In this document: piece after piece, positions 1 through 11,319 of the stretch | How the letters are laid out: each line of letters starts with the position of its first letter | Position numbering within the stretch: the first letter of the stretch is position 1 | Assembly (NCBI GenBank): GCA_014730175.1 | Contig: WJIR01000223.1 | Coordinates: forward strand, 1 to 48,846 | Origin: Candidatus Zixiibacteriota bacterium | GTDB taxonomy: Bacteria; Zixibacteria; MSB-5A5; UM-FILTER-46-8 | DNA: 48,846 bases | Direction: 5' to 3' | Notes under the pieces: model-generated | Databases searched by the model: none | Told to the model about the DNA's origin: nothing | Seen by the model: the letters and a program-made list of their open reading frames with translations, nothing else | Position numbers and translations under genes: made by a program

Positions 1-1
1 T

Positions 2-1051
2 AAATCAAGAGTTGCCTGTGAGACGTTTATCACTGTAGGTCTGGTAATAGTTGGCGGTGAGATCACCACCAGTGGTTATGCGGATGTTGCCGGAATAGCC
101 CGGAAAGTTGTTAGGGAAATCGGCTATACGGATTCGAAATACGGTTTCAATTACGAAACCTGCGCAGTTTTAAATGCTATCGGCGAGCAATCACTGGATA
201 TCTCGCGCGGCGTTGACACTGGCGGTGCAGGTGATCAGGGGATAATGTTCGGACATGCGTGCAATGATTCTGAGGAGCTGATGCCTCTTCCGATAGCTTT
301 GGCGCACAAGTTGACAATGAACTTATCGGTATGCCGTAAGGACAAAACGGTGCCTTATCTGGGACCCGATGGTAAATCTCAAGTCAGCATTGTCTACGAA
401 GAAGGTAAAGCTCGTCATATTGAATCGGTTGTTCTATCCACTCAACATACCGAAAGAGCGCTTAATAGCGACAAAAGCAAAATTAGAGAAGATGCCAGGC
501 AGGAGATTATAGACAAGGTTATTAAGCCGATTTTACCTCCTGACCTCGTTAACGAGAAGACCAGATATTATATAAATCCTACCGGTATATTCCTGATCGG
601 TGGTCCGCAGTCTGATACCGGAATGACCGGACGTAAGATAATCGTGGATACTTATGGCGGCTGGGCGCCTCACGGCGGCGGTGCGTTTTCAGGCAAGGAT
701 CCGACGAAAGTTGACAGATCTGCCAGTTATATGGCTCGTTATATAGCTAAGAATATAGTGGCCGCGGGATTGGCGGAGACCTGCACTATCCAATTAGCTT
801 ATGCAATCGGCGTGGAGCAGCCGGTTTCTATCGCTATCGATACTGAAGACTCCGGCCAGCTTGACGATCAGCGCCTGGAGGAACTGGTAAGGTTGAATTT
901 CGACCTCACCCCTCGCGGGATCATCAACACGCTGGATTTACTCAGGCCTATCTATAAGAAGACTGCAGCTTACGGTCATTTCGGTCGTAATGAACCGGAA
1001 TTCACCTGGGAGAATACCGACCGAGCTGATGAGATGAAATCCTGGTCGTAG
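2..1051 (+). CDS. metK: S-adenosylmethionine synthetase, 5'-truncated by the window edge
   Basis: The frame is open from base 2 (KSRVACETF...GGEITT). It contains [44 protein letters not shown] and TAAYGHFGR. The ORF-track start at 245 is internal. Confidence 0.98.
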   Translation, partial: KSRVACETFITVGLVIVGGEITTSGYADVAGIARKVVREIGYTDSKYGFNYETCAVLNAIGEQSLDISRGVDTGGAGDQGIMFGHACNDSEELMPLPIALAHKLTMNLSVCRKDKTVPYLGPDGKSQVSIVYEEGKARHIESVVLSTQHTERALNSDKSKIREDARQEIIDKVIKPILPPDLVNEKTRYYINPTGIFLIGGPQSDTGMTGRKIIVDTYGGWAPHGGGAFSGKDPTKVDRSASYMARYIAKNIVAAGLAETCTIQLAYAIGVEQPVSIAIDTEDSGQLDDQRLEELVRLNFDLTPRGIINTLDLLRPIYKKTAAYGHFGRNEPEFTWENTDRADEMKSWS

Positions 1052-1085
1052 ATTATTTAAATTTTTAAATTAAAGGAGTTAGTAG

Positions 1086-2345
<1,260 letters not shown>

Positions 2346-2365
2346 GCGATCTGCACTCAGGATTC

Positions 2366-2400
2366 ACCCGATCACGATTGCGTGATCGGGTTTTCTATTT
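2366..2400 (+). terminator. Rho-independent terminator after metK-ahcY
   Basis: Hairpin ACCCGATCACG-attg-CGTGATCGGGT followed by a T-rich tract. Confidence 0.85.
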
Positions 2401-2427
2401 TATGAACGAAATCGATTTACCGATTGT

Positions 2428-2603
2428 CCCGGATAATTCACAAAAAGTATTAATCGGTAGCCGAAGGCTTGTTCTTCGGAGATTTAATAGAAGTAGAGCA
2501 TTTACGGTCTGGACTTGAAGATCTCAAAGGAACACCGTAAGCGCAAGTACGCCAGCGGCGCATAAAGCTTCCGCGTTCGATGATGAGATTCGTGAACAAT
2601 ACC
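2428..2603 (+). repeat. REPIN/MITE-like repeat, family A, copy 1
   Basis: CCCGGATAATTCACAAAA..ATCGGTAGCCGAAGGCTTGTTCTTCGG..(~60 nt)..CCGTAAGCGCAAG[insert]AGCTTCCG; aligns by eye to 16061-16216 and to the reverse complement of 30101-30254. Confidence 0.8.
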
Positions 2604-2662
2604 GGTTTGAGGGGAGAAAAATATTCTTGCTATCCGGAATGAGCGATTATTATAATATTATC

Positions 2663-2751
2663 GGAGAGATGTCCGAGTTGGTCTAAGGAGCGCGCCTGGA
2701 GAGCGCGTAGGGGCCACAAGCTCCTCCTGGGTTCGAATCCCAGTCTCTCCG
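2663..2751 (+). tRNA. tRNA-Ser (anticodon GGA), long variable arm, CCA not encoded
   Basis: Acceptor stem GGAGAGA/TCTCTCC, anticodon arm CGCGC-CTGGAGA-GCGCG, T-loop GGTTCGAATCC, discriminator G. Confidence 0.97.
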
Positions 2752-2915
2752 TTTTCAAGCTTGCCGTGACCTGCGTACTGCACTCGATTTGCGGTTGAAC
2801 AAAGTTTAATATAGATACGTTTAATAAATGTTATAGTTATCGGAGGTACAGCTAATAATGTTGTACATCATATTCGGGCTCATAAAAATAGAGCCGAGAA
2901 TGAAGGATAGAAAAT

Positions 2916-4754
2916 ATGGCTAAAGAATCTACGCTCGATTTTGTTTTACGGGAGTTTACAGTAGTTCCGACAAAATCGTCATACAACCTTGACACGCTAA
3001 AAGCAATCGCTGGTAAATTCCTTGACAGAATGCGCACCGCGGGAGGACTATCTGCCGCTCGCGAGAGGCTGTACAGGCTTATCAGTATCCATCAATTTGA
3101 TACCTTTGCCGGTAGCGAGGAACTGCAGGAACACCAAACTTTCAGAATACGTGACTGTGCTACTGCGTTGAAATTCATGTTAAAGGAGAATTCCGACAGA
3201 TTAGCCGGTTTCAGCGTAGCTAAGGCGCTCTATGATATCGCTCGAGATGTCCCGCGTCCCGATCTACAGCCCGGCTTTTATGCTGAGATGATTCATATAT
3301 TCTTAGGTTTGCAGGGCGTTGTTTCCGATATGGTGTTCGAAAACACCTACCTCGATAAAGAACTGGAGGGGCGTGAAGCGGCTATCGCGCGCTCGGAGCT
3401 CCTGGATAGATACTGGGAGGAAAAAATCGAGACGCGGATCAACAAGTATCGGCACGGTTTGGAAGATGATGTTAGAGAGGTGCGGATCAAGAACCGTAAG
3501 AGAATACTCTCAGTATTAGGAGGGACCGAAGAGGATTGGTTTGATTGGAGGTGGCAGTTAAGGAATATAATACGGGATGCGAATAGCCTTGCTAAATTGG
3601 TTAATATCACAGAGGATGACTACCAAGCCATTACCCAAGCCAAGAAGAACAGAATACCGTTTGGAATAACTCCATATTATGTGTCGCTGATGGATGAGAC
3701 CGCAAATAGGAATGATACGGCGGTGAGAGCTCAGGTTATACCGTCTCTCGAATATGTAAAAGCTATGTCCGAGGCCAAAAACGAGAATATATGTTCCTTC
3801 GATTTCATGTTAGAAAAAGATACCTCGCCTATAGATTTAATAACCAGGCGATATCCGTCTATCGTTATCCTCAAACCATATAACACCTGTCCCCAGATAT
3901 GCGTCTATTGTCAGAGAAATTGGGAGATAGATGACGTGCTGGCTAAAGGCGCTATGGCAACTAAAGAATCTATCGACGACGCAATAGAATGGATAAAAGA
4001 ACATCCCGCCATCCATGATGCATTGGTGACCGGCGGCGATCCGCTCGCTCTCAACGAAAATGTATTGAAAAGGATACTGAATAAACTCTCCGAAGTACCG
4101 AGTATCGAACGGATACGGATAGGATCGCGTACGCCGGTTACTATGCCAATGCGGATTAATCCGGAACTGGTGGAGTTACTCAGTTCTTATCGGATTCCGA
4201 TGAAGAGGGAAATTACAGTGGTAACTCATGTCGAACACCCGTATGAGATTACCGAGGAGATGTTTAACGCTGTGGAACTCTTAAGGAAGAATGCTATCAG
4301 CGTTTATAATCAAAATGTGTATACCTTTCACGTTTCACGTAGGTTTGAAGGCGTTCTACTCAGAAGGCTGCTCAAAAGAGTCGGCATTGAACCTTATTAC
4401 ACGTTCAATACCAAAGGTAAGGAGGAAACGGCGGAATTTCGCGTACCGATTGCCAGATTGCTGCAGGAGCAAAAGGAAGAAGCGAGGTTGCTGCCCGGAT
4501 TGAGCCGCACCGACGAAGCAGTATATAACGTGCCCGGTCTTGGTAAGAATTACCTGAGAGCATTTCAACACAGGGACATCCTGTCTATCTTACCTGATGG
4601 TTCGAGAGTCTATAACTTTCATCCGTGGGAAAAGAATATCAGCATCCAGAAGACCTACGTCGGAACCGATGTGCCGATCCTGGAATACCTTAGTCGGTTG
4701 GAATCAAACGGCGAGGATATTGCAGATTATGAAACTATCTGGTATTATTTCTAA
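2916..4754 (+). CDS. KamA-family (lysine 2,3-aminomutase-like) radical SAM protein with a long N-terminal extension
   Basis: WFDWRWQLRN, ITPYY, LITRRYP, CxxxCxxC (CPQICVYC), TGGDPL, RIGSRTP and PGLGK (position of the PLP lysine). Confidence 0.88.
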   Translation: MAKESTLDFVLREFTVVPTKSSYNLDTLKAIAGKFLDRMRTAGGLSAARERLYRLISIHQFDTFAGSEELQEHQTFRIRDCATALKFMLKENSDRLAGFSVAKALYDIARDVPRPDLQPGFYAEMIHIFLGLQGVVSDMVFENTYLDKELEGREAAIARSELLDRYWEEKIETRINKYRHGLEDDVREVRIKNRKRILSVLGGTEEDWFDWRWQLRNIIRDANSLAKLVNITEDDYQAITQAKKNRIPFGITPYYVSLMDETANRNDTAVRAQVIPSLEYVKAMSEAKNENICSFDFMLEKDTSPIDLITRRYPSIVILKPYNTCPQICVYCQRNWEIDDVLAKGAMATKESIDDAIEWIKEHPAIHDALVTGGDPLALNENVLKRILNKLSEVPSIERIRIGSRTPVTMPMRINPELVELLSSYRIPMKREITVVTHVEHPYEITEEMFNAVELLRKNAISVYNQNVYTFHVSRRFEGVLLRRLLKRVGIEPYYTFNTKGKEETAEFRVPIARLLQEQKEEARLLPGLSRTDEAVYNVPGLGKNYLRAFQHRDILSILPDGSRVYNFHPWEKNISIQKTYVGTDVPILEYLSRLESNGEDIADYETIWYYF

Positions 4755-4799
4755 TAACCCGACAATGTTAACGGAAGAGACTGCTGCCCGAGGTCTGCA

Positions 4800-5726
4800 A
4801 TGAGAAAGTACCTGCTTAAGATAGCCATTTGCATTCTGATTACTCTACTGACTTCGGGGTACATAATAGCTGGAGATGTTACGGGGGATGAACTCAAGAT
4901 TAACATCCGCGAATATAGATTCATGTTGAAGCCTGCAAAGTTCGAAAACCGCAGAAAGGCTGCGCGGCAACTCTGGCAAATGGTGAGAAGCTATGCGGCA
5001 ATCAACGGTGTTTCTGTTTTCCAAAAGGACCGAATGTTGTTTGAGAAACAACAGGAACTGGTTTTCCTGGACACGGAGAACCGCGACATTTATCGAAAAG
5101 GCTATCTGCTTTACAAAATTACGGACGCAGCACGGGGAAGGAAGAAAAACCGATACGATTTGATTCTTCAACGCGGATATACCGATTTACAAGCAGCGTG
5201 GAATGCTGATTTCCGAGACAATGTTAGTCCAAAAGCACAAATCATACTTCAAGAAGAGCTTCGTCCCGACTCCGTATACACAAACAATTTTCGACCGTTT
5301 TATTTAATGAAGAATGTCGCCGAGGATTTAACGACAAGTATAGGGAAGAAATTGGGAGATTATGCCAAAATATTTCCAGTCCTCTCGGAGTTGAATATTC
5401 CGGCCGATAGTGAACTCAAACCTGTTAATGATTTGGTTTATATGGAATTGGTATATTCGCCCGGAGTGTTTAATTTCGGCGATGGAATTAAATCCGAACT
5501 GAATATCAGCGTCATGTATGAGTGGGACAAACGGGGAGCGATTGTTGGCGAGTTATTTTTCAGGCGCGAAATAACTGATTACGATAACGTCGCTGCCGAT
5601 GCGTATAAATGCAATGAATTTTTCGGGAAGCTCGCCGGTGAATTGCAGGACTGGATATTGTATGGTTTTTCCAAGGCGGAGTTTACTTATGAGCATTCCT
5701 CCAGCGAAAGTCCCGCTCAAAAATAG
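4800..5726 (+). CDS. Exported hypothetical protein, possibly CYTH/triphosphate-tunnel-like
   Basis: N-terminal signal peptide. REYRFMLKP and FLDTENRDIYRKGYLL resemble a degenerate CYTH signature. Starts 45 bp after the KamA-like gene. Confidence 0.6.
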   Translation: MRKYLLKIAICILITLLTSGYIIAGDVTGDELKINIREYRFMLKPAKFENRRKAARQLWQMVRSYAAINGVSVFQKDRMLFEKQQELVFLDTENRDIYRKGYLLYKITDAARGRKKNRYDLILQRGYTDLQAAWNADFRDNVSPKAQIILQEELRPDSVYTNNFRPFYLMKNVAEDLTTSIGKKLGDYAKIFPVLSELNIPADSELKPVNDLVYMELVYSPGVFNFGDGIKSELNISVMYEWDKRGAIVGELFFRREITDYDNVAADAYKCNEFFGKLAGELQDWILYGFSKAEFTYEHSSSESPAQK

Positions 5727-5767
5727 TCTATTATCGTCCATTCAGGGCAAGCCACCTTTATCTATCT

Positions 5768-6682
5768 TCAACTGACAACTTCAATACAAGGGGAGGAAAG
5801 TTCATTCAGAGGGAGTTCACCCAGCAGAAGGACCATATCTCCGCCACCGGCGCCGGTCGGTTTGGCGTAGCCGCCGTTGTCCACCGCCCATCGCTTGAGC
5901 TCATCATGCACCGGCATGCGATAAGAAATACCTGCATTCGAACAGCACTCCATAACCAGGGAGGTATACTCATCCAGGATATCGTACAGCTCCGATGGAG
6001 GCGCCTTGAACCATTGTTCAACTAATTCATCACTCTTAGCAATCATATTTTTGAGAATCTGCTTGTCATCTCTGCCTGAGATTTTTACCCATTGATTGAA
6101 TTTCGTAACGAACTCGCGAGTGTCCGCCGACTTCCCGGTCCAGACCAGGTTTATCGGTATCCTATAATCCGGACTTTGAGTTTTTAATACCTTTATGGAT
6201 ATACCGCCTTCACTGCGTTTAAAAATAATCGGTTCGCCATAGGCGGAGACTGCTACATCAGCTCCACTTCCCCGACCTCCCTGAGCGATTGTATGAGAAT
6301 CGATAGCGTACTTAGCGACCAGGCGCTTGTTCCTATCCCACGATAAACCGGCGCGTTCGAATCTAAGCGCAATTACTCCAACTGCTTCAGCGGCGGAGGA
6401 ACCGATCCCCAACTTAACCTCAACGGCTCTGCCATCGCTAAAGTAAAAATCCGACCTGTCAACATTAACGCCCCGTAATGGATAATTATGCTCGCAATCA
6501 AGTAGTTCAGGGATAGGGTATTGCATAGCGTTCTTCACAATCGGATTCTCGTTTTCCGGTGTTGGTGAATCCGACTCTGCCACCTTAAGATAGCGGGGAA
6601 CGGGAGATAACACTGCGCTTCCACCATACAGCACTGCGTATTCCCCCGATAACATCACTTTTCCGGGTACCGCTACAGTCAT
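5768..6682 (-). CDS. Phosphomevalonate kinase (GHMP kinase)
   Basis: PGKVMLSGEYAVL, KLGIGSSAA, QGGRGSGADVAVSAYG and KPTGAGGGD. Last gene of the mevalonate operon, overlapping mvaD by 1 bp. Confidence 0.85.
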   Translation of the reverse strand: MTVAVPGKVMLSGEYAVLYGGSAVLSPVPRYLKVAESDSPTPENENPIVKNAMQYPIPELLDCEHNYPLRGVNVDRSDFYFSDGRAVEVKLGIGSSAAEAVGVIALRFERAGLSWDRNKRLVAKYAIDSHTIAQGGRGSGADVAVSAYGEPIIFKRSEGGISIKVLKTQSPDYRIPINLVWTGKSADTREFVTKFNQWVKISGRDDKQILKNMIAKSDELVEQWFKAPPSELYDILDEYTSLVMECCSNAGISYRMPVHDELKRWAVDNGGYAKPTGAGGGDMVLLLGELPLNELSSPCIEVVS

Positions 6683-7656
6683 TATTCTACCGAAATTATT
6701 TCAGCACCTCCAGCCGGTTTACAGGATATATAGCGCAACTCGCCGATTTGATGCAGTATATTCTTAATAACCTCTTTAGAATCTCCTTGTTTGCACAAAA
6801 CAATAACATTGGAACCTGCATCGACCGTGAAATAAGCTTGTATGCCCTTCATTTCACGAATGGTTCGAATTGCCCTAATAATTCTAAAGGTTGACTCATT
6901 CCAGTACAAAAGCGGGGGACGCGATGCCATCATACAGCAATGCATAGCAAGCGCATTTTCTTCCATTATGCCGCCGATTGCTGCAAAATCATCTTCTTTA
7001 ATTGCGGACAGCATCTTCCCGTAATCCTCGCGGGCTTGCTTCACCCAACTCGAATAATAAGGCGAAGTCTCCGCGCAGTGATGCATACCGAACGATGAGG
7101 GCGTGTCCTTTTCCTCGGAATGAGCCAGTAATACTATCATGCTCCACGGAACATCTTGCGGCGTTTTCAGCAGTTTCGCAGCCGGATCTTTGCTGAGCGG
7201 GAAAGCCGATAAACCTCCGGTAATAGAACGCGCCGCCGAACCGCTCCCCTGACGAGCCAATCTTGATAACTCCCTGTTGGAAAGCTTTCTTTCTGAAAAC
7301 CCGCTAAGAGCCTTAGCAAGCGCTGCGAAACCGGATGCGCTCGATGCCAGACCGGATGCGGTTGGAAAGCCGTTCTTCGATTCCACCAGATAACTGCCAG
7401 TGACTAATCCTCTTTCCCGCCAGAGATCAAGATATCTCACCAATCGATAATTCACATCGCCGGAAGTTTCAACATCATTAAGAATGAAGCGATCGCAGGA
7501 TTCTTCGGTGCGCGTTATTGCTGTTTCCGTGGTAAGTTTATTCAGAGCGAGTGAGATAGAGGGAGTGGCGGGAATATTTCCCGCCGTTTCTCGTTTTCCC
7601 CAATATTTTACTAAAGCGATATTAGAATATGCCCGGGCGATCACCCGCCGTATCAC
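6682..7656 (-). CDS. mvaD: Diphosphomevalonate decarboxylase
   Basis: SNIALVKYWGKR, FPTASGLASSASGFAAL, ARQGSGSAARS and YFTVDAGSNV. Confidence 0.95.
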   Translation of the reverse strand: MIRRVIARAYSNIALVKYWGKRETAGNIPATPSISLALNKLTTETAITRTEESCDRFILNDVETSGDVNYRLVRYLDLWRERGLVTGSYLVESKNGFPTASGLASSASGFAALAKALSGFSERKLSNRELSRLARQGSGSAARSITGGLSAFPLSKDPAAKLLKTPQDVPWSMIVLLAHSEEKDTPSSFGMHHCAETSPYYSSWVKQAREDYGKMLSAIKEDDFAAIGGIMEENALAMHCCMMASRPPLLYWNESTFRIIRAIRTIREMKGIQAYFTVDAGSNVIVLCKQGDSKEVIKNILHQIGELRYISCKPAGGAEIISVE

Positions 7657-9959
7657 CGCAGCGCTCCCAGCGTAAACGGAAGAACCATCGGGAAATCATG
7701 GGATAGAGATTCCATCAGATCGAACTGACTGCCGGGTTCGACCAGACCGATGACGGCGCCGCCGCCGCCGCTGCCGGTTATCTTGGCGCCAATTGCGCCG
7801 TTATCCAACAACAACTCTACAGCCCTATCCAATGCCGGAGTTGAGACACCTAATTTCGCTAACAGCTCATGATTTCGGAACATCAGTTTACCGATTTCGT
7901 AGGTATCCCCGGTTCCCAGCGCTATTCCGGCGTCGACAGTAAGATTCCCGATATCCTCCAGAATACCGTTTACGTACTTCGGCTTTTGCTCGCGGAAATT
8001 CGCAACTTTTTTCACCAGTTCGATGGTTCTGGCTCCCGGCTCCACCAGGCAGATTACGCCGCTAATCGGAGTGGGAACCTGAATCGGCAGGAATTCCCGG
8101 GGAGGTCCCTTGCGGAACCAGAGGACTCCCTCGGAAAGAATAGTAGCAGCGTCCATCCCGCTTGGATGACCATGGAATATCGCCTCCAGGCTTTGCACTT
8201 CATCGAAGAAATCGCTATCCCATCTTTTTGAGCGTTTTAGATGCTTATATTGCCGCAAAGCTGAGCAGAGAGCGGTTGAGAACGCTGCCGATGAACCTAA
8301 ACCCATGCCGGGAACCAACTCAGACTCGATCTGAATGGCGATAGGTTCATTTCTCAGGTCATATATTCCTAATGCGACGTCCACCGCATTCGAAAACAAC
8401 TGGATATCCTGATCCGATTTGGGAACGGAAAACACTTTTTTGAAATGCGGATGCAAAAACCGAGGACCGTCAGGATCCCTGGTAACTTTTAGCTTAACGC
8501 CTATATTGATTGCAGCGGCGATCCCGGGGTAGTTGTAAACGGTGGCATGCTCGCCAAACAGTACGATCTTACCGGGTGCGAAAGTCTCTACTGGCAATTC
8601 ATCCTCTTCTTCTACTTGTTTGGGTCGCTTCTGCAGCCTGCGATAGATATCCTCTGCAACCGTAACTTTAACTTCTCCTCGCCTGATCATCTCCTGTGTA
8701 ACTTCTTCCACGGCATTAGGCGGTACGCCGACGCTGACAGCCACACTGCGCGCATGCAGCGCCATGTGCCCCTTCTGAATGCCAACTGTGCTTAAGGCTA
8801 ACAGCGCGGCGAAATTCTGCCCCAAACCCACAGCGCTTAACAGCCCGGCCAATTGACGAGCATTTTCCACGCCGCTTATTGCGCGTAGAATCTGCACTCC
8901 CGGATGAGCCTTAACCGCGCCGCCGACGCTGCCCGTTTGCAGCGGCAGCTCGATTTCGCCATGTAGACAACCGCTGGAAATCTTGTAGGTAGTGAGTCCT
9001 CGATATCGGCCGTCGCGAGCGGCATACGCATGCCCGCCGGCTTCGATTGCTCGCCAGTCCTGACCCAATGCCAGGGCAGCCGCGCACAGTCCGTTGAAAA
9101 TACCTTTGTTATGTGTCGTAGCCCGATAGGGATCGACATGCGCCAACCTATCCGCCTCAACCAAACGATGCGCAACTTCTTCACCGGTGAATTCCTTCGT
9201 GGTAAGATGTTCAAAGGGCAATGTGAATTCCGCCCGAGCGATACGTTTGTCGGCAAGGTTGGAGAGTATACGAAGATTTACTCGTCCTCCGGTCACTTTT
9301 TCAATCAGTGAACCGACCGCTTCACATGCATAGTTGACCGCATTAGCGCCCATCGCTTCGCAAACATTGAACAGCAGATGAACCACCAGCATTTCACCAA
9401 CGTCTTCCCCGCCATCCAAAACTCTGGTTTCGATATCAAAAACGCCGCCGCCCCGCTGCACCATTCTGGGATTTGCCAGATTCGCTTGAGCGATTATTTC
9501 TTCCTTATAATTCTTAATCTGTTCGACAGCTTTCTGAGGTTTTTTCAAGTCGAGTACCTGCACCTGTCCGATCATCACCGGATCATTGATTCGGGTGCGG
9601 AATCCTCCGCCTTTGCGAATTATCAGCGCCGCTTTTGATGCCGCCGCAATTATCGATGCTTCCTCGATAGCCATAGGAACCAAATACTCTCTGCCATCGA
9701 CCAGGAAGTTCAATCCCAGTCCGAGGGGTAAACCGAAAACTCCCACAGCATTCTCCACCATGTTAACGGCATGCTTCATTCGCAAAGCGTTACCATTGCG
9801 GAGTTGCGAAACCTGTTCATCATCTAAATTAAAACTTCGCGCCAGAAACGCGAGACGCTGTTCGACCGACAACCGGTAAAATCCCGGTATCCGCGAAGTT
9901 CTGAATTCGGTTCCTCCGATAGGAGGTTTCTTAATGAATCGAAATCTATCCATTATCAA
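7653..9959 (-). CDS. Fusion of class II HMG-CoA reductase (N-terminal, ~8620-9959) and mevalonate kinase (C-terminal, ~7653-8590)
   Basis: HMGR motifs VENAVG, VPMAIEEASIIAAAS, EAMGAN, HNKGIFNG, GQDWRAIEAG, GIQKGHMALH. After the linker PKQVEEEDELP come the MVK motifs APGKIVLFGEHATVY, GLGSSAA, HGHPSGMD and GAKITGSGGGG. Confidence 0.93.
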   Translation of the reverse strand: MIMDRFRFIKKPPIGGTEFRTSRIPGFYRLSVEQRLAFLARSFNLDDEQVSQLRNGNALRMKHAVNMVENAVGVFGLPLGLGLNFLVDGREYLVPMAIEEASIIAAASKAALIIRKGGGFRTRINDPVMIGQVQVLDLKKPQKAVEQIKNYKEEIIAQANLANPRMVQRGGGVFDIETRVLDGGEDVGEMLVVHLLFNVCEAMGANAVNYACEAVGSLIEKVTGGRVNLRILSNLADKRIARAEFTLPFEHLTTKEFTGEEVAHRLVEADRLAHVDPYRATTHNKGIFNGLCAAALALGQDWRAIEAGGHAYAARDGRYRGLTTYKISSGCLHGEIELPLQTGSVGGAVKAHPGVQILRAISGVENARQLAGLLSAVGLGQNFAALLALSTVGIQKGHMALHARSVAVSVGVPPNAVEEVTQEMIRRGEVKVTVAEDIYRRLQKRPKQVEEEDELPVETFAPGKIVLFGEHATVYNYPGIAAAINIGVKLKVTRDPDGPRFLHPHFKKVFSVPKSDQDIQLFSNAVDVALGIYDLRNEPIAIQIESELVPGMGLGSSAAFSTALCSALRQYKHLKRSKRWDSDFFDEVQSLEAIFHGHPSGMDAATILSEGVLWFRKGPPREFLPIQVPTPISGVICLVEPGARTIELVKKVANFREQKPKYVNGILEDIGNLTVDAGIALGTGDTYEIGKLMFRNHELLAKLGVSTPALDRAVELLLDNGAIGAKITGSGGGGAVIGLVEPGSQFDLMESLSHDFPMVLPFTLGALR

Positions 9960-11029
9960 ATTCCTTGTTTATTGAGCCATCCGAAGTTCAAAAGCCACTC
10001 TCTCAGCTCACCGGTGTATATCCTGGGAACCTGCTTAAGTTTGGATAAATCGGCGGCGCCTGTCAAAAGCATAGCTGCCTTTAGCTCATGTATCATTTGC
10101 TCCATAAATTCGGTAGCTCCTTCTTTGCCTCTATCAAGAAAACTAAGTAATATAGGGCGGGCGAATCCGGCGATATCCGCCCCCACAGCGATAGCTCGCG
10201 CTGCATCCAGACCGTTTTCAATTCCACCTGAGGCTACTACACAGGTATTCTCGTTTTGAATTCTGTGTGCTGCAATAAGACTGAATGCGGTCGGTATTCC
10301 CCAATCCGAAAAGGTTTTACCGGTCTTTCTGAGGAGTTTGTCCGCCGCCCGGTACATCTCCACTTTGGTCCACGATGTTCCGCCGGCGCCGGATACATCT
10401 ACATATTTAATCCCTATCTTTGATAATTTCTTCAAACTCTCAGGATCTATCCCTGCCCCTGTTTCCTTAACCAGCACCTTGCCGTTTATTTTGTCATTTA
10501 ATGCAGCCAATGCATCGAGCAAGCCGCGAAAATCCCTGTGACCTTCATCCTGAATCAATTCCTGTGCCACGTTCAGATGAACGCAGATTCCATCAGCTTC
10601 GATATCATTCATTAATCCAATTATAGAATCTAATGGATACTCACGCAACTCACCTGCGCCGATGTTTCCAAGCAGGACGCCGTCGGGTATCCGTTTGCGA
10701 ACTGCGAAATCATCTTTCATCTCCGGGTGGCGAAATATCACTCGCTGACTGCCCACACCGAATGCGATACCGAACTCCGACGCGGTCTCCGCCAGTCCGC
10801 GGTTCATCTCCCCGGCGAACTCCGCTCCGCCCGTCATGCCAGTGATCATCAGCGGATAACTCAGCTTTTTTCCGAAGAATTCAACCTCGGTATCGATATC
10901 GTTGATATCCAACTCCGGAAGGGCGCAATGCAGCAGAAAGATATCGTCCAGCATGGTGCTCCCGCGGTGCTTTACTTCTTCCTCGGCGACAATTCGTAAA
11001 TGCTCCGATTTCCGCTTGGATATGGTCAC
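9956..11029 (-). CDS. fni: Type 2 isopentenyl-diphosphate delta-isomerase (FMN-dependent)
   Basis: RKSEHL, ITGMTGG, GVGSQR, HLNVAQE, VKETGAG, DVSGAGGTSW and ASGGI. GTG start. Confidence 0.96.
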   Translation of the reverse strand: MTISKRKSEHLRIVAEEEVKHRGSTMLDDIFLLHCALPELDINDIDTEVEFFGKKLSYPLMITGMTGGAEFAGEMNRGLAETASEFGIAFGVGSQRVIFRHPEMKDDFAVRKRIPDGVLLGNIGAGELREYPLDSIIGLMNDIEADGICVHLNVAQELIQDEGHRDFRGLLDALAALNDKINGKVLVKETGAGIDPESLKKLSKIGIKYVDVSGAGGTSWTKVEMYRAADKLLRKTGKTFSDWGIPTAFSLIAAHRIQNENTCVVASGGIENGLDAARAIAVGADIAGFARPILLSFLDRGKEGATEFMEQMIHELKAAMLLTGAADLSKLKQVPRIYTGELREWLLNFGWLNKQGI

Positions 11030-11319
11030 ATCATTTTCCGTTATTTGAGTTATGGGTTACCCTCCGATTATTGTCCTGGTAACTTGGGAATTAGTACAAA
11101 AGACCTTTCTTTGGAACTGACCTTTTACGGACTAACAACTAAAACGACTACACGTTCCAAATATTTTTTATTTCATTCGGAAACTCTAATCAAATATTAA
11201 CCGGCAATAATAGTCTTAAAAGCTTCTCAAAGTCAATAAATTTTATAAAAAAACAACTCACTTATTTTATTAGAAAATGCGGTATTTTTACCGGCTTTTT
11301 ATCCTGACTTTTTATGGAG

